Virus record (IMG/VR): IMGVR_UViG_3300017780_004315
Span: 1 to 42,914 of that record
Direction: 5' to 3' (one strand)
Source: a virus
Taxonomy: Duplodnaviria; Caudoviricetes
Length of the DNA: 42,914 nucleotides
Below the pieces are notes generated by a model. That model did no database searches, had not been told where the DNA came from, and worked only from the letters and a program-made list of their open reading frames with translations. Within the stretch, counting starts at the first letter, position 1, and each line of letters starts with the position of its first letter. Both the position numbers and the translations under genes were made by a program. Positions 24,051 through 34,318 of this stretch are shown here, piece after piece.

Positions 24051-24314
24051 CTATGCTAGCCCGTCGGGAAACTTGACGAGGCGCATTGCTTTGTACAGAA
24101 TCCAGTCAACAAGTTCCTGCATCGCTTCGTCCTCGAACCGATCAAGCGGCCAGTCAAGCCAGTCGCGCTTGTACAGTTTCTCTCCTTGGCGGTACCTCGC
24201 CTCGGCCTGCGTAAGAAACCCCCGCTGTGGCCCCTCCATTTGTGCACGCGCTTCTTCCCACGCCTGAGCAATCTCATGCTCAATGTATGGCCACGGGTCG
24301 TCGTGAATGTCCAC
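24051..24314 (-). CDS. Small all-alpha protein, possible nucleotide pyrophosphohydrolase
   Basis: R...GEKLY...DEAMQELVDWILY resembles the E..EE..D...Y motif of MazG-like phage proteins. Confidence 0.5.
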   Translation of the reverse strand: MDIHDDPWPYIEHEIAQAWEEARAQMEGPQRGFLTQAEARYRQGEKLYKRDWLDWPLDRFEDEAMQELVDWILYKAMRLVKFPDGLA

Positions 24315-25213
24315 TAGATGATTACCTCGTACTCGAATGTCGGAACGTTGCGCCGACCCGATGTGTTTGAATCGGGGCGGATGATGATACGTGGTGGTCC
24401 AAGCCCCGAGTCAAGCCTTCCCCGGAATCCCTTGAACAACTCGTATGTCTCCCTCGGTGCACCGCCCTGCTTCGTCTCTACCGACCCGCGCTTATACGTC
24501 CCGGTTGACGACACGATGCGCGGCCACTCTCTCACACGATTCTTGGTGACGTCAAGCGACGGGATGATCTGACCAACACGTGGTGCATGGGAGTGGCCAC
24601 GGAGGATGATGTCTGCGTTTGAGTTTCCCAACTCACGCTCCATCCCGTTGAGCAGGTTGCCTGAGCCACCGCGCCCTGCTGTTTGCCACCCATGATGGAC
24701 ATCGATAACCAACGAACCTATCGTTGCCTTGCCGCTCTGCTTAGACCTGAACGTAACATGGACAAAACCACCGTAACCAATCTGGCGGTGGGAGATTCCG
24801 CACTCCCGTGCTACCTCAGCAGTAAGGTTCCTGCTTTGGGTAACCTCTAGTTTGCGCTCGTGGTTTCCAGTGGCGATCGCCCAGATTCTCCCGGACTCAC
24901 GCCACGGCTCCAGAATCTCTAGCGCATGTGCCACAGACTCGCTCGGGATTCCTCCGTCAGAGTTGAGCAGTGCGTCGGCGTACCGGGGCGGAAGTTCCTG
25001 AGGGAAGAACCGCTTGTCCCGGTAGTCGATGCACTCCATCAGGTCACCCATCAGGAGGAGGCGTGCGTTCGGTATCTTCGCCCATGCTGCAACGTCTGAC
25101 CGCAACTTCTCTTCTGCGCAATCAGCGGCACCAAGATGCCAGTCGCCCGTTGGAATCAGGACGACCTCATCGCCCGTCTTCTGGACGGTCTCTTCAACGT
25201 GGACCATGTTCAT
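24314..25213 (-). CDS. Calcineurin-like metallophosphoesterase
   Basis: GDWH, GDLME, GNHE, HHG and GHSH motifs. Confidence 0.92.
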   Translation of the reverse strand: MNMVHVEETVQKTGDEVVLIPTGDWHLGAADCAEEKLRSDVAAWAKIPNARLLLMGDLMECIDYRDKRFFPQELPPRYADALLNSDGGIPSESVAHALEILEPWRESGRIWAIATGNHERKLEVTQSRNLTAEVARECGISHRQIGYGGFVHVTFRSKQSGKATIGSLVIDVHHGWQTAGRGGSGNLLNGMERELGNSNADIILRGHSHAPRVGQIIPSLDVTKNRVREWPRIVSSTGTYKRGSVETKQGGAPRETYELFKGFRGRLDSGLGPPRIIIRPDSNTSGRRNVPTFEYEVII

Positions 25214-25218
25214 GCCGG

Positions 25219-25443
25219 TTACTTACTGCGAGGGGACGCACCCTTGGCAGCAACCACCGCTGCCTGCGCCATACGGCCAATGACCGTGATTGCAGTAAGG
25301 AACCCGCTTACGTACACGTACACAGCGGGGTTCACGCCGAGGGGCTTGGTCACTTCAGCCAGTGCACCAATCATGGGAATGACCGCAGCAACTGCTGCCG
25401 ACACTACGCCAATCCAAGACGCCCATCCGAAATAAACTTTCAT
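25219..25443 (-). CDS. Putative holin (two TM helices)
   Basis: GGGGA RBS before ATG 25443; two hydrophobic helices and a basic tail; follows the endolysin. Confidence 0.7.
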   Translation of the reverse strand: MKVYFGWASWIGVVSAAVAAVIPMIGALAEVTKPLGVNPAVYVYVSGFLTAITVIGRMAQAAVVAAKGASPRSK

Positions 25444-25457
25444 TCTGTCCCCAGTTC

Positions 25458-26153
25458 TTAGAGTCGGTTGCTTACTCGGATAAAACATCCAACCGAGTTA
25501 GAGTTCCTACGGCGGATCATAACCTCTCCGCCGTTGCTGTTGTTACCGATAGATGTGTTTCCCTCGATTGCCTCGAAGTCTCCGCCAGCGGTAACCGACT
25601 TCGTAACAATGCCGATGTGGTCACACTCGCCATCGCCCTGCCAGTCGAAGCACGCAAGGTCGCCCGGAACTACGCTTGGTGCAAGAACAATAGAGAGTCC
25701 GCTCTTGCCAGCCCTTGCTGTTACAACATACGACGGAACGTACGCAGTATTGAACCCGGCAAGCGGCCTGTCTGCGCCCTTGTATGCCCACGCAACAAAC
25801 GATGCACACCAAGGGGCGTTGTACGCGCCGGTCGCCGACTGGTACTCGGTCACCCGTGGCCCAGAGTTTGAGTTCGCGGGCACCTCACGTATGCCGCGTT
25901 CCTTGACGGCGATGTTCTTCGCCTTTACGCGTGACGTAAGGCGTGGCGTTACAAGTTGCCTGATGTCATCACGCCACTTGCCGTCAGCGCGGCTTGCGCC
26001 AAACGCCTTCAGTTGGATTCGCCTGATGAGGGTGCGGCACGACCCCCCGCAATACGGGGTCATGCGCAGCCCGCTTGGGATAGCGACCCCGTTTGCTCTT
26101 GCCCAAACCTTCATCCGCTTCTTGCGGATAACCCATGCTGGGTTTGCTTTCAT
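25458..26153 (-). CDS. Endolysin, CHAP domain
   Basis: PWCASFV, PGDLACFDW, DHIGIV and IEGNTS motifs. Confidence 0.92.
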   Translation of the reverse strand: MKANPAWVIRKKRMKVWARANGVAIPSGLRMTPYCGGSCRTLIRRIQLKAFGASRADGKWRDDIRQLVTPRLTSRVKAKNIAVKERGIREVPANSNSGPRVTEYQSATGAYNAPWCASFVAWAYKGADRPLAGFNTAYVPSYVVTARAGKSGLSIVLAPSVVPGDLACFDWQGDGECDHIGIVTKSVTAGGDFEAIEGNTSIGNNSNGGEVMIRRRNSNSVGCFIRVSNRL

Positions 26154-26156
26154 TAC

Positions 26157-26378
26157 CTACCCCCCCTTTGCAATGCCAATAATAATCCCGGTGACAAGGC
26201 CACCGCCCACCATCCACATAACTCGCGTTGTCCCGAGCGCACCTTGAACTCTAGCCCTCCAAAGTTCGAGTTCTTTTACCCGTCCATTCGTTTCTTTCGC
26301 AAGTTCTTTTATTTCTTTGACGCTCTCCTTGATCTCATCAAGGCGTCGCAACACGGTAAAGATGTTGTCGGGAGTCAC
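26157..26378 (-). CDS. Lysis-cassette membrane protein (coiled coil plus C-terminal TM)
   Basis: TNGRVKELELW followed by a hydrophobic C-terminus; immediately upstream of the endolysin. Confidence 0.7.
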   Translation of the reverse strand: MTPDNIFTVLRRLDEIKESVKEIKELAKETNGRVKELELWRARVQGALGTTRVMWMVGGGLVTGIIIGIAKGG

Positions 26379-26383
26379 GAGTA

Positions 26384-27484
26384 CTACTTCCCGCCTGTGT
26401 AATACGAAAGAATCTGTTTGAGGAACCCGCTCTTGTTTGCGCCAAGGTGGAGGTGCGGGCCTCCGCTTGTCGTTGCATCAAGGCCACCGAGTGACTGGCC
26501 ACGGGCGACTGACGAACCCTTCCTGATACCGGGGCCAAGCGCACCAAGGTGCTTGAAGAACGCCTGATTCCCCCCGCCGTAGTCAACCGTAACCCCGTAC
26601 CCAGCGAAGCCGGGGTCACCACCCGGCTGGCCACTGATTCTTGTTACGCGCCCGGCAAGCGGGCTGGTGACAACTGTGCCCGTCTTCCCGCCAAAGTCGT
26701 ACGCGTTGTCGCTCTGCCAGTCACCCCGCGCACGGGAGGCGTGTGCTGACGGGCCACCCATGTTGGATAGCCCCGGCTGGTTCGCTGAGCGAGGGATGGG
26801 TGCGTAGGTGTAGTTGTCCTGCTCCGTTGGGATTCTCTGCGGGGTAGCCCCGTACCCTGTGCCCTGCTGGGAGTTGCCCATCTCCTGCTGTGCGGCGAGC
26901 GCCATCTGTAGCAGCGGGTTGTTTGGGTTCGTGCCCATAATCATGGGGGCCAGCGCGAGTGCCGCTTCTCTGCTCTGCTGTCTCTGACCCTGTGGCGCTG
27001 GTGCCTGCACGCCTTGCGGCACCATCGATGTTGGCGGTGCGGTTGCACGGCCAGCGTTTGGTGCGCCAATAATCATTTGCACCGGGTTGCCACCCGTCTT
27101 ACGGCCAATGCTCGTGATGTTACGGATGTGCTGCGCCGTGTCGTTCTCGCTTGGCGGCGAGTAAATGTTCATAAACTCTTGCAGCGTGCGGGCGTTCTTG
27201 TAGTAACCCTTCGGGTCACGGAGTCCCTTGCCCATCGCCTCAGTCGCTGCCGTCCACGAAGGGAAGCCCTTGTTGTCGTGAGCGCCAAAGCCGTACGGGT
27301 TGTAGCGGTTAGCACCACCACCGGCACGACCGAAGTTTGACTCGGCCCCGGCAAGGCCAGCAGTAAACGCTGGGTTGATTCCGTACCTCAACGACGCGTC
27401 GTAAATGCCACGCGCTTCACCCTGCATCGGAGTACCGCGTAGCGCACGTTGGAACTGCTCGAATGTGGGGACGCCGCTAGCCAT
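26384..27484 (-). CDS. Virion-associated peptidoglycan hydrolase: lysozyme-like/glucosaminidase plus M23 peptidase
   Basis: GINPAF..GLAGAESNFG...NPYGFG; AYDFG...FKHL...GPHLHLG. Confidence 0.85.
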   Translation of the reverse strand: MASGVPTFEQFQRALRGTPMQGEARGIYDASLRYGINPAFTAGLAGAESNFGRAGGGANRYNPYGFGAHDNKGFPSWTAATEAMGKGLRDPKGYYKNARTLQEFMNIYSPPSENDTAQHIRNITSIGRKTGGNPVQMIIGAPNAGRATAPPTSMVPQGVQAPAPQGQRQQSREAALALAPMIMGTNPNNPLLQMALAAQQEMGNSQQGTGYGATPQRIPTEQDNYTYAPIPRSANQPGLSNMGGPSAHASRARGDWQSDNAYDFGGKTGTVVTSPLAGRVTRISGQPGGDPGFAGYGVTVDYGGGNQAFFKHLGALGPGIRKGSSVARGQSLGGLDATTSGGPHLHLGANKSGFLKQILSYYTGGK

Positions 27485-30400
27485 TACCGTTTCCCAAGTC
27501 TAGCGATGAACGCTTCTGCTTCTATCTTTTTCTTCAACTGCGCTTCGAACGCACGCAACTTGGTCTCTTCGTCTCTTACTGACTCGACGAGCGCGTTCCT
27601 CGGGTTGTACCTGTAGAGCGGGAAGCCAAGCACGTTGGTTGCGTCGTAGCGCCAGTCCTTTTCAAGCGCCTGTCCGCCCGGCTTCTGCGGGAGAACAAGG
27701 TCTGCTGCGCCAGACGTCGGGCTTCCTCTCAACCTCCATGCAAGAAGGTCCCCAAGTTCCGCGTTGTCGGTCGGTGTGCCGCCAGCGATTGCACGCCTTA
27801 TCCAGTTGTATATCGGGAAGTTCCGCCCGATGATCTGCTCAACGCCAAGCCTGTTCTCGGCATCAACAACCGCACCGGTATTGGGGTCAATGGTGTATGA
27901 CCTGCCGCTTTGCGGATCGGTGAAGATATCCCCGCCAGTTCCAAAGTTGAGCGGACTTCCAACGGGCGTCTGGTTCGACGCTATGGTTGCCAGTCCGGTC
28001 ACGAGCGGGTTCATCTGCTCCCACACGCTTGCTCCAACGTCCCCCAATACGCGTCCGTAGTTCCCCGTTTGGACGTCACGCGCAACCGTTGTCCCAAGTT
28101 TCCTTGTTGCAGTTAGTACGTCTGCGGGGTTTGATGAAGAGATTCCAAGGTACGTACCACCGCCGATGACAAGCCCCTGAATCGGGTCCATCAGCACAGA
28201 CTCGTTGTCGTTGTACATCTCATACGCCATGCGTGATGCCGAGAACAGCAGGGCCGCACGCTTTGGGTATTTGACGGGGAGCGCAAACGCAAGGCGGTGC
28301 ATTGCACGCATCCACCCGTAGAACGGGAACGCCCTGCGGAGAACGGCACGCTCGAACTCGTTGTATCGAACGTAGTTTCCCATGAAGCGTTCGGTCTCTA
28401 GCGTGGCCTGACCGATGAGGTCATCGGCCCACTTCTCCCCGCGCTTTGCTCCTTCGATGACACCGAGCCACGCTTCGGAAAGGTGCGCAGACGACGCTCC
28501 GGCTGAAACCATCTCCTCGTCACGCAACTTCTTCTTTAGCGCGTGGAAGTACATTGCCCGTCGTGGGATTGACTCGAACCTTGAGTTCCACTTGTAGCCA
28601 AAGTTCACGACACGCGTTACTGCGCCCGTGCTTACCTGCCCGCCTTCGCGCCTTACGTACTCGCCAAGGTCAGAGGCAAGGCCGTGACCCTCAATCTCTG
28701 CGATAACAAGATCACGGTACTTACGGGACGTTGCCATCCTGATTGCCTGAAGGTCAAGTCCTGCGCCTAGCGCAAACTGTGCCGACATACCAATCATGTT
28801 CTGGATGTACCAGCGTGGCGAAAGCGCCAGCACTCCGGCCTTCCAGCCCGTGTTGAGTTCGTCAAACAAGCCACGCTTCGGCGCAAGCGCCTGCCTCCAC
28901 CCCACTTCGACCGACTTCGGGATGAGGTACTTCACATCGTCAGTAGCAATGGCCGCTTCGTAAAGAGCCTTTGCCTCTGCTGACTTCTCCTGCTTCCTCG
29001 ACAGCGTTCGGATAAGTTGCATCTTCGAACGAGACACGTAAAGGTCGCTTGACTCTTCAGCAAGTTTTGTGGCCGCTGCGTTTGTAATCGGGAGGCCGTC
29101 TGCTCCCTTGACGACGTACTTGGAAAGCAGCGACTCAACAGCACGCTGCCGACCCACAGTGTCAAGCGCATTGCGGAACGCGTACAGCGTTACCTCAGGA
29201 CCGAACGCCGCCGTACCGTCACGGAGGATGACGCCCTTGTTTCTCATCTCGCGGCGAGCGGTCATACGTGGCGTCTGCTTACCAAGTGGCAAACCAAGAC
29301 GCTTGCGCTTGATGATCCCCGGCTCAGGCTTACGCACGTTCGGGAAGTACACGCCGGGTTCCATCTCCGGGCCAAGCGTAAGGTCAACCCCGGCCTGAAG
29401 TTTCGCTGCGTCCCGTACGTTGTTGAGGCCCGTCTGCTCCCTGCTCTTGATCTCGGTTGCAAGCGATCTGATGTCGTTCGTAAGCGTCTCAATACGAAGG
29501 GCGGCGTCTTCGTCAGCGCCGCCACGTGCCGCCGCCGCCGCCTTAGCCTTTACAAGTTCAGCCGTAAGCCCAGCCTCTTGGCCACGGAGAGTAATGGCAT
29601 CTTTTGCTGCGTCTTCGATTGCACGCTTTGCCGTTTCCAGCGCAAAGAACTGCTCGCCAATGCCAGCGGCAACTGCCTGCGACCTGTACCCGGCTGCCCT
29701 TGCTGTTGCTGCGGAGAGGAGGCCGGTCCCCTCCTTCAGAATGGTTGACTCTTTGAGGACGTCAATCGACGCCTTCGTCAAGTCGTTGATTACCTTCGGT
29801 GCTTTGGCGGGGTCAAGCCAGTGGGGTGGGATTGCGCTAAGCGCATCAATGTTTTGCTGTGCTTCGACCTTGTTGAGCGGGTTCTCAGTCTTTTCTATTG
29901 CTTCCTTGTAAGCAACGATAAGCGCGTCCCGGCCCCACGTGCGTGACGTCTTTACGGAACTCAGGTTGTTGAGGCCCATTGCACGGATTGCAGCGGTGAC
30001 CCCAGCAATCTTTGCGTTCTCCTTGCTCCCAAGCAACTTCGGAAGGCTTCTCGTAATCCGAGAGAACTCTGAGGTTCCAAGGATCGCGTCGTTCTCCAGC
30101 GTAGAAAGCATCCCCACCCCTGTGTGGCGTGCGTCCTTTGCAACGATCCGGTTGTACCGGTTGGCGGGGGACATCGGGTTGAGGTCTCGCCCCTTTGACC
30201 GGAGCGGGACAACGCCTGCTACCTCACGTATTGCTGCCACAACGCGGTCGTTGACAAGCCGCTGGAACTCACGCGTGATTGGGTTTGCCGAACGGGGACG
30301 TCGCTGGCGTAGAACAGGCTCACCACGGTTGGGGACTTCACGCCCCATTGAGTCAAACGCAGGCTGCTCGATTACCTCTGGCTCGCGTTGCCTCCGTGGG

Positions 30401-31044
30401 ATTGCTTCGCCTTCGCGTGCAACAGTCTTACGAGATGCGCCAGCGGCAAGACGGTCTGCCATTTGTGACGCACCGGATGCACGTGCTGCCACGCTACCGG
30501 CCTTCAGGCCACCAGATACCGCTGCGCCAGCAATCGGGTACGCAAGCGCCGCTGTCCCCGCTACCCTGAGCGGCTCGTTGCGGGCGCGTCTTGCAAGTTC
30601 TCCAACGTCTCCCCGCAAGATCGGCTGTCCAACAAACCTGATGTCGTTGCCAACAGAGTTGACAATGTTTGCGCCGATGTTTCCAAGGCGACCGACGGCA
30701 TCCCGACCGCTCCACGGGACACCGGGAATCGGGCCAGTCACCGCTTGCACGGTGTTCTTGCCTACCTCATAGCCAAGGCGTGCAATGCCGGGGATGATCT
30801 CCGACGCTTCGCCTGCGAGGTTTCCAAGAACCTCTCCGCCGATACGGAACGGAGCGGTGATTGCTCCGAAGATACCGCCGTCGTCTTCTTCCTTCCGTAT
30901 CCCTGACTGCTGCTGGCCACGGCGGATTGCTTCATCAACGCGCTTCTTCAGGCTTAGCGCAATCGCTGCTTCCGGCGACATCCTGCGAAGGGGAGCACCC
31001 GCTTTTGGCGCTGTTGATGGCGACCGGTAGGGGTAACCAGCCAC
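27484..31044 (-). CDS. Large internal virion / DNA ejection protein
   Basis: 1186 aa, helical; WKAGVLALSPRWYIQN and RRAFPFYGW motifs; last and largest of the post-nozzle genes. Confidence 0.7.
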   Translation of the reverse strand: MAGYPYRSPSTAPKAGAPLRRMSPEAAIALSLKKRVDEAIRRGQQQSGIRKEEDDGGIFGAITAPFRIGGEVLGNLAGEASEIIPGIARLGYEVGKNTVQAVTGPIPGVPWSGRDAVGRLGNIGANIVNSVGNDIRFVGQPILRGDVGELARRARNEPLRVAGTAALAYPIAGAAVSGGLKAGSVAARASGASQMADRLAAGASRKTVAREGEAIPRRQREPEVIEQPAFDSMGREVPNRGEPVLRQRRPRSANPITREFQRLVNDRVVAAIREVAGVVPLRSKGRDLNPMSPANRYNRIVAKDARHTGVGMLSTLENDAILGTSEFSRITRSLPKLLGSKENAKIAGVTAAIRAMGLNNLSSVKTSRTWGRDALIVAYKEAIEKTENPLNKVEAQQNIDALSAIPPHWLDPAKAPKVINDLTKASIDVLKESTILKEGTGLLSAATARAAGYRSQAVAAGIGEQFFALETAKRAIEDAAKDAITLRGQEAGLTAELVKAKAAAAARGGADEDAALRIETLTNDIRSLATEIKSREQTGLNNVRDAAKLQAGVDLTLGPEMEPGVYFPNVRKPEPGIIKRKRLGLPLGKQTPRMTARREMRNKGVILRDGTAAFGPEVTLYAFRNALDTVGRQRAVESLLSKYVVKGADGLPITNAAATKLAEESSDLYVSRSKMQLIRTLSRKQEKSAEAKALYEAAIATDDVKYLIPKSVEVGWRQALAPKRGLFDELNTGWKAGVLALSPRWYIQNMIGMSAQFALGAGLDLQAIRMATSRKYRDLVIAEIEGHGLASDLGEYVRREGGQVSTGAVTRVVNFGYKWNSRFESIPRRAMYFHALKKKLRDEEMVSAGASSAHLSEAWLGVIEGAKRGEKWADDLIGQATLETERFMGNYVRYNEFERAVLRRAFPFYGWMRAMHRLAFALPVKYPKRAALLFSASRMAYEMYNDNESVLMDPIQGLVIGGGTYLGISSSNPADVLTATRKLGTTVARDVQTGNYGRVLGDVGASVWEQMNPLVTGLATIASNQTPVGSPLNFGTGGDIFTDPQSGRSYTIDPNTGAVVDAENRLGVEQIIGRNFPIYNWIRRAIAGGTPTDNAELGDLLAWRLRGSPTSGAADLVLPQKPGGQALEKDWRYDATNVLGFPLYRYNPRNALVESVRDEETKLRAFEAQLKKKIEAEAFIARLGKR

Positions 31045-32717
31045 TAGTTACGCAGTCCGGCAATGCTAGAGAGCGCCGCCGCTATAACTCGCTTCCACTC
31101 GGGGCCGTTTTGTGGCATAAGCACTTCTGGTCCCGGCACCTTCTTCCCATCCGCCCCTTCTATCAAAGGCTTATACGAACGCTGCATAACCATTGCGCCG
31201 TTGATGAACTTCCTCATGTTTGCCTTGGTTAGATACGACTTAGGCAACTCACCGCTATTGACGAACTCGTTGATTGCTGCCGCGATCCTTTGCCCCTGCG
31301 ACTCTGGGCTTTCTAGCGAGTTTATTCCGCCAGAACCGGGAGACAGCACGTTTGTGGTTGTGTCGTACTTCGCCCCGTAGTAGTTCTCTGTCAAAGACTT
31401 TTTAGCACTGACGATAAGTTTTGTTTGTTCGGGTGACAGGCCACCGGCAGACTTCGGCCTGTACCACTGGTTGCCGTCCTTCGAGATGACGACAGTCTTG
31501 TTGATGATTGCCACGTTCTTTGGGCCAGCGCCGGGCGGGACTCTTATCCAGCCCTGCTTCGAGTCGCCGATCTCTACGTCGGTCATCTGGCCAGCGTTGT
31601 TTGCAACAGTGCGTGCTGTATCGGCGTTCTGCTGGGCGATCCCTTCGTTGACTCGGTTACTGCGTATTGTCTCATCGAGTTTTATGCCGCTCATTTCGAG
31701 CAGCGCCTTGTTGTAAGTGTTCTTCGTCTCCAACTCTGCCGCTGCTTGCTTCTGCTCAACGATCCACTGATCCAGTTTCAGACGCTCGGTCATCCGCTTG
31801 TCTGCGTAACTCTTCGAGATGTTCATGGCCTGCGACGTCAGGCCGGAAAGGATTCCCTGCGTCTGGCTGACTGGGGTCTGAGCAGCGAGGAGCGTGTTGT
31901 AACGAGAGTCCGCTGCTGCCGACGCACCCATCGAAGACGCTCTTGCGCTGCCTGCTGCCTGCGCGTTGGGGTTGTACGTCTGCGTTGCTCCGCCGAGACC
32001 GCCAGCAACCTGAGTCGGTGCGATACCAGCGGCAACGTTGGCTGCGTTCGTTACGTACCCGCCGCCTGTCCCAGTTCCGACTGAGCCACCGTACTGCGCG
32101 GCAATGTTTGCGCCAATGTTGGCGATGTTCTGAAGCCCGCCAGAAACGCCCGGAAGAACGTTCGTCTGGAAATCTTTTGCAAAGTTCTTTTCCTGAGCCT
32201 GAAGACCACGCAGGTACGTGGCGATCATCGGGTAGTCGCCGTATCCAGCGAAGTCGTCTGATGCCGGGATGTTTGACGCGCCACCGGTTGTCGCGGAGCC
32301 GGGCGATCCGGGTGTTCCTGCTACGGGTGCAGCGCGAAGCGGGACAGGCTTTGCGCCCCTCCGTGTAAGTGCGAGGTACTGGCTGCCGGGGTTGCCCGCA
32401 CGACCGATCGCAAGGTTTGCAGCAGGGTTTGCGTACCCGTACACCATCCCGCTTGCGTCAGTAACGACGTCACGGATTCCGTACTTCGTCTTTACTCCGC
32501 GCTTCAGGCGAAGCCCGCCGACAGACGGGAGCCGTGTACCAAGGCCAGACGTTCTGCGCGTCGCCCTGCGGTTGTTCTTCAGGTAGTCGTAAATAACCTG
32601 ATTGCGTCGCTGCACAGACGGATCAACAATATCGCCGGAGGGCTGCGGCGGAGTACCAAGGTACTGGGCTGGTATAGGATTGGAGGTTCCGTCCGTGAAG
32701 TACCCGTTAGTGGTCAC
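31044..32717 (-). CDS. Probable internal virion / ejection protein
   Basis: 557 aa, G/A/Q/N-rich; position in the tail module. Confidence 0.6.
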   Translation of the reverse strand: MTTNGYFTDGTSNPIPAQYLGTPPQPSGDIVDPSVQRRNQVIYDYLKNNRRATRRTSGLGTRLPSVGGLRLKRGVKTKYGIRDVVTDASGMVYGYANPAANLAIGRAGNPGSQYLALTRRGAKPVPLRAAPVAGTPGSPGSATTGGASNIPASDDFAGYGDYPMIATYLRGLQAQEKNFAKDFQTNVLPGVSGGLQNIANIGANIAAQYGGSVGTGTGGGYVTNAANVAAGIAPTQVAGGLGGATQTYNPNAQAAGSARASSMGASAAADSRYNTLLAAQTPVSQTQGILSGLTSQAMNISKSYADKRMTERLKLDQWIVEQKQAAAELETKNTYNKALLEMSGIKLDETIRSNRVNEGIAQQNADTARTVANNAGQMTDVEIGDSKQGWIRVPPGAGPKNVAIINKTVVISKDGNQWYRPKSAGGLSPEQTKLIVSAKKSLTENYYGAKYDTTTNVLSPGSGGINSLESPESQGQRIAAAINEFVNSGELPKSYLTKANMRKFINGAMVMQRSYKPLIEGADGKKVPGPEVLMPQNGPEWKRVIAAALSSIAGLRN

Positions 32718-33575
32718 TTACTTGGTCCTCACTTCAAAGCCACCGTTGGGCCGCTTGACGATGACGTAGTTTCCGGGTCCGTACCGGTCGTCAAGAGTCT
32801 TTCTTTTGGGAGCCTTCGCGTACGTGCCAGACGGTGTTTTGTAGTCGCTGATCTTCAGCGTCAGATACGAACCGTCGCCAGCCTTGACAACGTTGAACTC
32901 GTCCAAGTTGACTTTTGGCAATGTCGTGAAGCGTTGGATCGTCGGCTCGGGTGGCGTTACCTTAGACAAGGTGGTAAGCATGGCAGTAGAGTCCGCCCCG
33001 TACAGGCTGGTGTACTGGGTAAGCAGCGCCTGAGCCTCTCCCAACTGCTGGGTCGCAAGACCATTGATGTCCTGCGAGTACTGCATTACGACCGCTCGCG
33101 TTTCTTCGCTTACCCGCTGAAGCGCCGAGCCAACCAACTGTTCTCCGCCTGTTGAGTAGGCGATTCCCTTTGCCGCACCCGCAGCGGTCGCGCTCTTGTA
33201 TGCGGCTCTTTCGTTCTGCCCCAGACGTCCAGACTCGTACTGCGTGTTGAGCGACTCGTTGACGTCTGGAGTACTTAGGTCGTCTTGGGCAAACGAGACT
33301 CCTCCGTACCCACGAAGTTGGGCAGCAGCGTTCTTCTGCCTCGCCTGCATAAGCGCGTCATAACGGGCACCAACGCTTCCGGGGCCAGTACCAAGTTGTT
33401 CAATAATCTGTGATCGCGGTGCGTACCCCGCCTGATCCGTGAGTGCGCCGTACTTGGCGTCAACCGCGTTGATCTGGTCCTGTCCGGGGATAGGAAGCGG
33501 GGTACGCGTTACGGCATACGGGTTGACCGTCCTTGGCGCGTTGTACGTTGGGACGTTGAAGTAGTTAGTTGACAT
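32718..33575 (-). CDS. Probable internal virion protein
   Basis: 285 aa with an A/Q-rich helical core and GIAYSTG; position. Confidence 0.6.
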   Translation of the reverse strand: MSTNYFNVPTYNAPRTVNPYAVTRTPLPIPGQDQINAVDAKYGALTDQAGYAPRSQIIEQLGTGPGSVGARYDALMQARQKNAAAQLRGYGGVSFAQDDLSTPDVNESLNTQYESGRLGQNERAAYKSATAAGAAKGIAYSTGGEQLVGSALQRVSEETRAVVMQYSQDINGLATQQLGEAQALLTQYTSLYGADSTAMLTTLSKVTPPEPTIQRFTTLPKVNLDEFNVVKAGDGSYLTLKISDYKTPSGTYAKAPKRKTLDDRYGPGNYVIVKRPNGGFEVRTK

Positions 33576-34318
33576 TAGTTACCCTTGATTATGTCAGACT
33601 GGTACGTCACTTGGCCAGAAAGGACGGAGCCTTGGATTGGGTATGGCATGTAGTTGGTGGGGTTTGGGTCGTAGTTTCCTTCCGCAAAGTAGTTTTGTCT
33701 GCTGTAAACGGCCGGACTAAAATAGTCTGAGGTTGCAAGAGAAAGGTAAGTAAAAATAACTTTCCCCGGAGAAAGCGCAGTTCCAGTGCTGTAGTCGATA
33801 AGGATCGAGGGAAGGAGCGAAATGATAGGCCCCTCGGTAGAATGATGAGTTCCACCTCCGTACGCATAAGCGGTGCCGCAAAACTCCTGCGCATCAGGGT
33901 AAGTATATGACGCAGCAGGTCGGTACCCGGTGGCAGTTTGCGGTTGCACAGGTAGGTCAACAAGGTAGTTCCCACCACCGGTAATCGTAGCCGGGATTGA
34001 ACTTCCAAACTTGAAGTAAAACCTGTATATAACCGTGTTCCCGATTTGCGTATAGGAAGCAAACTTGGCTGGGTCCGTGCCAAGTTCAACGGGATAGGAC
34101 GTTGTGTACGGGTACGTGTTGGAAATGAACAAACTTGCTTGTGGGTAACTAACCCACTCACCAAACTTGTACAGGTCAGAGTTCTGGTTCTTCATTACAG
34201 AACGAAACGAGTCACTTCTTACGTACGAGTAGAACTCGTCCTTAGTTATGAAGTTGCTTTGGTCCTGCCCCTCTTGGCCCGGCTGCCCCTGCTGTTTGGG
34301 AGCAAAGAAGTTGCTCAT
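33575..34318 (-). CDS. Tail tip / receptor-binding-like protein
   Basis: YTQIGNTVIYRFYFKFGSS...GNYLVDLPV is a typical fibre C-terminal domain motif; Tyr-rich. Confidence 0.6.
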   Translation of the reverse strand: MSNFFAPKQQGQPGQEGQDQSNFITKDEFYSYVRSDSFRSVMKNQNSDLYKFGEWVSYPQASLFISNTYPYTTSYPVELGTDPAKFASYTQIGNTVIYRFYFKFGSSIPATITGGGNYLVDLPVQPQTATGYRPAASYTYPDAQEFCGTAYAYGGGTHHSTEGPIISLLPSILIDYSTGTALSPGKVIFTYLSLATSDYFSPAVYSRQNYFAEGNYDPNPTNYMPYPIQGSVLSGQVTYQSDIIKGN

